DNA from: a virus
Strand: one strand, 5' to 3'
Length of the DNA: 64,000 bases
Virus record (IMG/VR): IMGVR_UViG_3300009000_000003
Below, piece by piece: positions 60,157-64,000 of this stretch. Made by a program: the position numbers and the translations under genes. Positions within the stretch are counted from its first letter, which is position 1, and every line of letters begins with the position of its first letter. The notes beneath the pieces are model-generated. The model saw only the letters and a list, made by a program, of their open reading frames with translations. It searched no databases and was not told the origin of the DNA.

Positions 60157-61859
60157 GAAAGGCACTCCTCAAAATCTTTTAAAGTTTTTCGTTCGATTTT
60201 ATTAGAAACTTTTTCTCCAGAAACACCAGCATTAGTTCTTAAATAATAAAGACCTTTTAGATTGCGTTTCCAAGCAATAATATGAGTCATATTGACATTA
60301 TTGATATCGGTACCGCTAGGAAAGAAAAGATTTACAGATTGTCCCTGACAAATCCATTCCTGCCTAATAGCTGCATGTTCAATTATCCAGGTTTGGTCTA
60401 ATTCAAACGCAGTTTTAAATACTTGTTTTTCGTAATCAGTCAAATAATCAAGGTGTTGAATTGAACCTTGAGCAAGAATAATAGATTGAATTTGATCATC
60501 AAGCCAAGAGTCTTCTTCAGAAAGAATATTTTGATGTTTTTTTAAACATTCTAAAAGATATTTATTTACTTGAAGAAAAGAACCTGCTCTTGTTCTATGG
60601 GTAAAAGCATTAGATTTCCAAGGCTCAATACTAGGAGAAGTATTAAGAATAATACTACTATTGGCGTTAGGAGCAATAGCAAGTAAATGGCTATTCCTTC
60701 TTGTTTTAGTATCGTCATCTAAATAAGCACCTTTTTCTTTTGCTAATCTTTCAGTTGCAAGCACAGCTTCAGATTTAATAAAAGAAAATATATTTCTATT
60801 TAAAGAAATAGCTAAAGCAGATTCAAAAGCAATATTTTTTCTTTGAAGCAAGCTATGAAATCCCATAGCTCCAAGACCAAGAGATCTTTCTCTTGTAGCA
60901 GAAAAAACTGCTTTTTCTAAATGACTAGGAGCGTTAACAATAAAATATTGCAAAACATCGTCTAAATATTCAATTAAATCTTGGACAATTGAAGTTTCTT
61001 TCCAATCATCAAAATATTCAAGATTTAAAGATGATAAGCAGCAAACTGCAGACCTATCAGGGGACGTGGGTAAGTGAATTTCATTGCATAAATTAGATCC
61101 ATTTATTTTAAGTCCTTTATTTTTTAATTGAATGGGAAGTTTATTATTTGCACTGTCAATAAAATTTAAATAAGGTTCACCAGTTCGAAATCTTGCTTCT
61201 AATATTCTAGTCCAAAGTTTTCTAGCTGATAAAGTATCAAAAATTGTTTTATGTTTAGGATCGACAAGATCCCACTTTTTATCTAGAAGAACAGCTTCCA
61301 TAAAAGAGTCAGTAATGTTTATTGCATTATGTATATTAAAACATTTACGATTTGAATCACCGCCAGTAGGCATTCTAATATTTAAAAATTCCAAAATATC
61401 AGGATGACTAATGTCTATGTAAGCAGCATAACTTCCTCTGCGAGTGCTACCTTGAGAATAAGCTAGCATGTCGGAATCAACTGTTTTTAAAAAAGGTATA
61501 GGTCCTGGAGACTTCTTTGAAACAGAACGAATGTCGGACCAATGGCCTCCAACGCCTCCACCCATAACACTCATCCACCGCAATTCTTCTGTATGCTGAA
61601 TTAAACCTTCAACTGAATCGGGTACATAAGATAAGAAACAAGATATAGGTAGTCCAGTTCTGCCAGCGTTTGACAAAATAGGACTGCTAAACATAAACCA
61701 ACCTTTTTTAGCATATTCTGCAATTCTAGAAGCTAGATCTTTGTTATCAGTATAAGCATAAGCTGCTCGAGTAAAAGCTTCTTCAGGAGAAGTCTCTCCA
61801 TCAGCAAAATAATAATTTTGTAATAATGAAATTGCGTGATCTGAAAAGACAAAATTCAT
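60144..61859 (-). CDS. nrdA: Ribonucleotide reductase class Ia alpha subunit (short, no ATP cone)
   Basis: PISCFL, GSNLCNEI, VCCLSSLN, AIAPNANSS, LYYLR, C-terminal CLSCQG. Confidence 0.95.
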   Translation of the reverse strand: MNFVFSDHAISLLQNYYFADGETSPEEAFTRAAYAYTDNKDLASRIAEYAKKGWFMFSSPILSNAGRTGLPISCFLSYVPDSVEGLIQHTEELRWMSVMGGGVGGHWSDIRSVSKKSPGPIPFLKTVDSDMLAYSQGSTRRGSYAAYIDISHPDILEFLNIRMPTGGDSNRKCFNIHNAINITDSFMEAVLLDKKWDLVDPKHKTIFDTLSARKLWTRILEARFRTGEPYLNFIDSANNKLPIQLKNKGLKINGSNLCNEIHLPTSPDRSAVCCLSSLNLEYFDDWKETSIVQDLIEYLDDVLQYFIVNAPSHLEKAVFSATRERSLGLGAMGFHSLLQRKNIAFESALAISLNRNIFSFIKSEAVLATERLAKEKGAYLDDDTKTRRNSHLLAIAPNANSSIILNTSPSIEPWKSNAFTHRTRAGSFLQVNKYLLECLKKHQNILSEEDSWLDDQIQSIILAQGSIQHLDYLTDYEKQVFKTAFELDQTWIIEHAAIRQEWICQGQSVNLFFPSGTDINNVNMTHIIAWKRNLKGLYYLRTNAGVSGEKVSNKIERKTLKDFEECLSCQG

Positions 61860-61870
61860 TTTAATATCCT

Positions 61871-62140
61871 TTAATTAAATATTTTTATTAATCTTTCCAA
61901 ATAATTTCTTTTGTAAAAGATTAAAGTAAAATTAACTAGCAAACCACAAACTACAGAAGCAATTACTGCCGAAAGTGATTTGCTTATACTAGTTAAAAGC
62001 AAGAAAGAAGTCAATACAGAGAGCAAATCTGTTAAAGCAAAATGCTTTAATAAAATTCTTTTCAAAAAATTAGGAAAATGTTGAAAAGAAAAAATAAAAC
62101 TAATCCATGTAATGACTCCAAGTATCATTCCATCATACAA
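61871..62140 (-). CDS. Small integral membrane protein
   Basis: About three hydrophobic segments. Confidence 0.55.
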   Translation of the reverse strand: MYDGMILGVITWISFIFSFQHFPNFLKRILLKHFALTDLLSVLTSFLLLTSISKSLSAVIASVVCGLLVNFTLIFYKRNYLERLIKIFN

Positions 62141-62149
62141 AATAAAAGC

Positions 62150-62713
62150 CTATTGAGAGGTAAATTTCATTTCTACGGAAAGAGATAATCCAATTTGCTC
62201 AAATACTTTTCTAAGTTCAAGTAATGTATCGAATCTTTGTTTCCAAAAAGTCTTTACAATTCTTGCTGCTTTTTCTGCAGAAACTGTGTTGGATAAATAA
62301 CTATCCGCCATTCTTTCAATAACAGTTGCAGCTGGACGCTTTGCTCCCTTGGCTGCAAAATTTGAGACAATAATATTTATCAAATCACTTTTTTTAATAC
62401 TATTGCCACCACCTATAGCATCAACCATAGAAGAGGCAAGAGAATAATAATTTGAAGAAATTTGAATATTGTTAGCAAGCTTAGTTAAAAGAGCTCTAAA
62501 TTTTAAAATATCAAGCTCTTTAACAGTAGGAACTTCAATCATAAGATCAGAAGCCCATTCATATAAGGTTTTATCATAAAAGATAAACTCTTTTATAAAG
62601 CTTTCAGTAATAGCTGAGTAAGTTTCAGCACCAATTTTAAGCTCATCTACAAGCTCTTGAGCTTCAATATTTATAAGCTCAATAACTTTTTCTTCATTGG
62701 TTTCTGCTGTCAT
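62150..62713 (-). CDS. Helical hypothetical protein (possibly UvsY-like)
   Basis: TAATG coupling to spoVG; all-helical pattern. The UvsY resemblance is weak. Confidence 0.4.
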   Translation of the reverse strand: MTAETNEEKVIELINIEAQELVDELKIGAETYSAITESFIKEFIFYDKTLYEWASDLMIEVPTVKELDILKFRALLTKLANNIQISSNYYSLASSMVDAIGGGNSIKKSDLINIIVSNFAAKGAKRPAATVIERMADSYLSNTVSAEKAARIVKTFWKQRFDTLLELRKVFEQIGLSLSVEMKFTSQ

Positions 62714-63126
62714 TAAAAGCCCCAAAGAGGTTTACGTTCGCGAGAAGTAACTGCACCGGGATCAGATTGTGCTGCAACCTCTCTAGCTGCGCTAACTTTA
62801 GCTTTAGAAGGAGCCGAAGATGCAGATGTAGCAGCTAGTGGGTCTGAAGTAGATGCATAAGAATTTAAAATAGAATCTTTAAGCTCTTTAGAGAAAGCTA
62901 AACCATCTTCATTCTTGAATCGAATATCATCAAAATATTTTTCGACTTTTTGACCATCTTCCATAATAGTACCTTTGTGGCTTGGAACAGATACAAAAAG
63001 ACCATTAGAACCTTGAATGATTTTAAAGCCGTCAATCTCCATGATATCGTCAATAATAACAGAAGCAATACCTTTAAGCTTTGATGCTGAATTAATTTTT
63101 CTTACATTAATCGTATATGAAAACAT
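62713..63126 (-). CDS. spoVG: SpoVG-family nucleic-acid-binding protein
   Basis: LKGIASVIIDD...GFKIIQGSNGLFVSVPS...ILNSY matches the SpoVG consensus. Confidence 0.85.
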   Translation of the reverse strand: MFSYTINVRKINSASKLKGIASVIIDDIMEIDGFKIIQGSNGLFVSVPSHKGTIMEDGQKVEKYFDDIRFKNEDGLAFSKELKDSILNSYASTSDPLAATSASSAPSKAKVSAAREVAAQSDPGAVTSRERKPLWGF

Positions 63127-63404
63127 TATTTATCCTTAATAATTTCAACATTATTTTTTACTAAAAATAATTTATAATAATAGCCAACTAAAAAATATAT
63201 AGAGAGTAATTGTTTTAAAGTTAAATCATCGACTTTATCAAAATTTGCAAAATAAGAATTTAATTCTTTTACAAAAGCATCAATAACTTCTTGATCTTTT
63301 TGTTCTAAATTTTCGTTTACATGCTTTAATAAGTTTAAAGTGAGCTGATTGAGATTTAAATTAAAAGAATCACCCTGAGAAGGAGAAACTTTAAATTTAA
63401 ACAT
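63126..63404 (-). CDS. Hypothetical protein
   Basis: Coupled between the Whirly-like gene and spoVG. Confidence 0.55.
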   Translation of the reverse strand: MFKFKVSPSQGDSFNLNLNQLTLNLLKHVNENLEQKDQEVIDAFVKELNSYFANFDKVDDLTLKQLLSIYFLVGYYYKLFLVKNNVEIIKDK

Positions 63405-63405
63405 A

Positions 63406-63834
63406 CTACTGCCACCCTAACATTCGAGGAAGAGCAGCAGTAAATAATCTACCAAGAACTTGAAACTCTCCAGCAGATAAAGAAACAGAAACTCTTTTAT
63501 CCCCTGAAGAAAGACCCATCATAAAAGTACCAGCATATTTACCTTCGCCAGGTGTAATAGTAAGCTTTTTGCCAGTACCATCATTATCATGATAAAAACT
63601 TCCCCACTTTGGGGAAGAAGGATCATCAAAAAATTGAGTTAAATCATTGATACCAAAAGCAAATGTAATCTTTTGATTTTTCCAATCATAAGATTTTTCT
63701 CCTTGAGAAGGAGCCATCTCTAAAAGCACCGCACCAGTTTTTTGAATTCTATTATTATCGTCTACTCTAGGAGGCAATAAAGTGAATTGAGCTGCTGCAG
63801 ATTTTTTATAAATGTTAAATGAAGTTGGATACAT
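63406..63834 (-). CDS. Whirly-family ssDNA-binding protein homolog
   Basis: RBS AAGGA before the ATG at 63834. Motifs IYKKSAA, GAVLLEMAP..G.KSYDW, FYHD, KKLTITP and GEFQVL..LF...LPRMLGW are collinear with the plant Whirly domain. Confidence 0.75.
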   Translation of the reverse strand: MYPTSFNIYKKSAAAQFTLLPPRVDDNNRIQKTGAVLLEMAPSQGEKSYDWKNQKITFAFGINDLTQFFDDPSSPKWGSFYHDNDGTGKKLTITPGEGKYAGTFMMGLSSGDKRVSVSLSAGEFQVLGRLFTAALPRMLGWQ

Positions 63835-64000
63835 TATTTTCCTTTTCCAAGTTATAATATTCGTCGGAAATTGATTCACAAAGATCAGCTAATACAGATC
63901 TATATTGTGAAGTTAAAGTTATTTGTGAAGTTGCTGTAGAATCTTTAAATGCATAAGATTCTAAAAAAATGTGTAAACCAGATTCCTTTTTTCTAAAAGG

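Noticed and set aside
1-64000. Stop-codon reassignment (alternative genetic code)
   Set aside because: Genes are long and densely packed in the standard code; TAG and TGA terminate recognisable genes at sensible ends.
1-64000. tRNA or rRNA genes
   Set aside because: Intergenic gaps are very short and no cloverleaf or T-loop signatures were seen.

Overview
AT-rich fragment of a large (probably jumbo) myovirus-like phage genome, read in the standard code. It has two convergent halves. Bases 1-30.4 kb (+) form a tightly packed tail/baseplate module: M15 peptidase protein, giant hub-like protein, gp25-like and baseplate J-like wedge proteins, and fibre/Ig/FN3 proteins. Bases 30.5-64 kb (-) form a replication, recombination and nucleotide module: resolvases, ClpP-like protein, primase-helicase fusion, GMP reductase, Cas4-like nuclease, DnaE, RecA, MazG, NrdAB and SpoVG. 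Highlights: (1) DNA polymerase III alpha (DnaE) is encoded in three genes. A stand-alone PHP/GRGS chain ends in a clamp-motif-like tail. Two further chains are joined by a cyanobacterial (Npu-type) split intein whose halves are separated by an 8.4 kb cassette of collagen/fibre genes and a terminator. (2) recA is interrupted by a 941-nt group I intron carrying a Vsr/EDxHD-like endonuclease. (3) A protein closely resembling plant organellar Whirly ssDNA-binding proteins lies near SpoVG. All family calls come from motif recognition by eye; no database searches were run.
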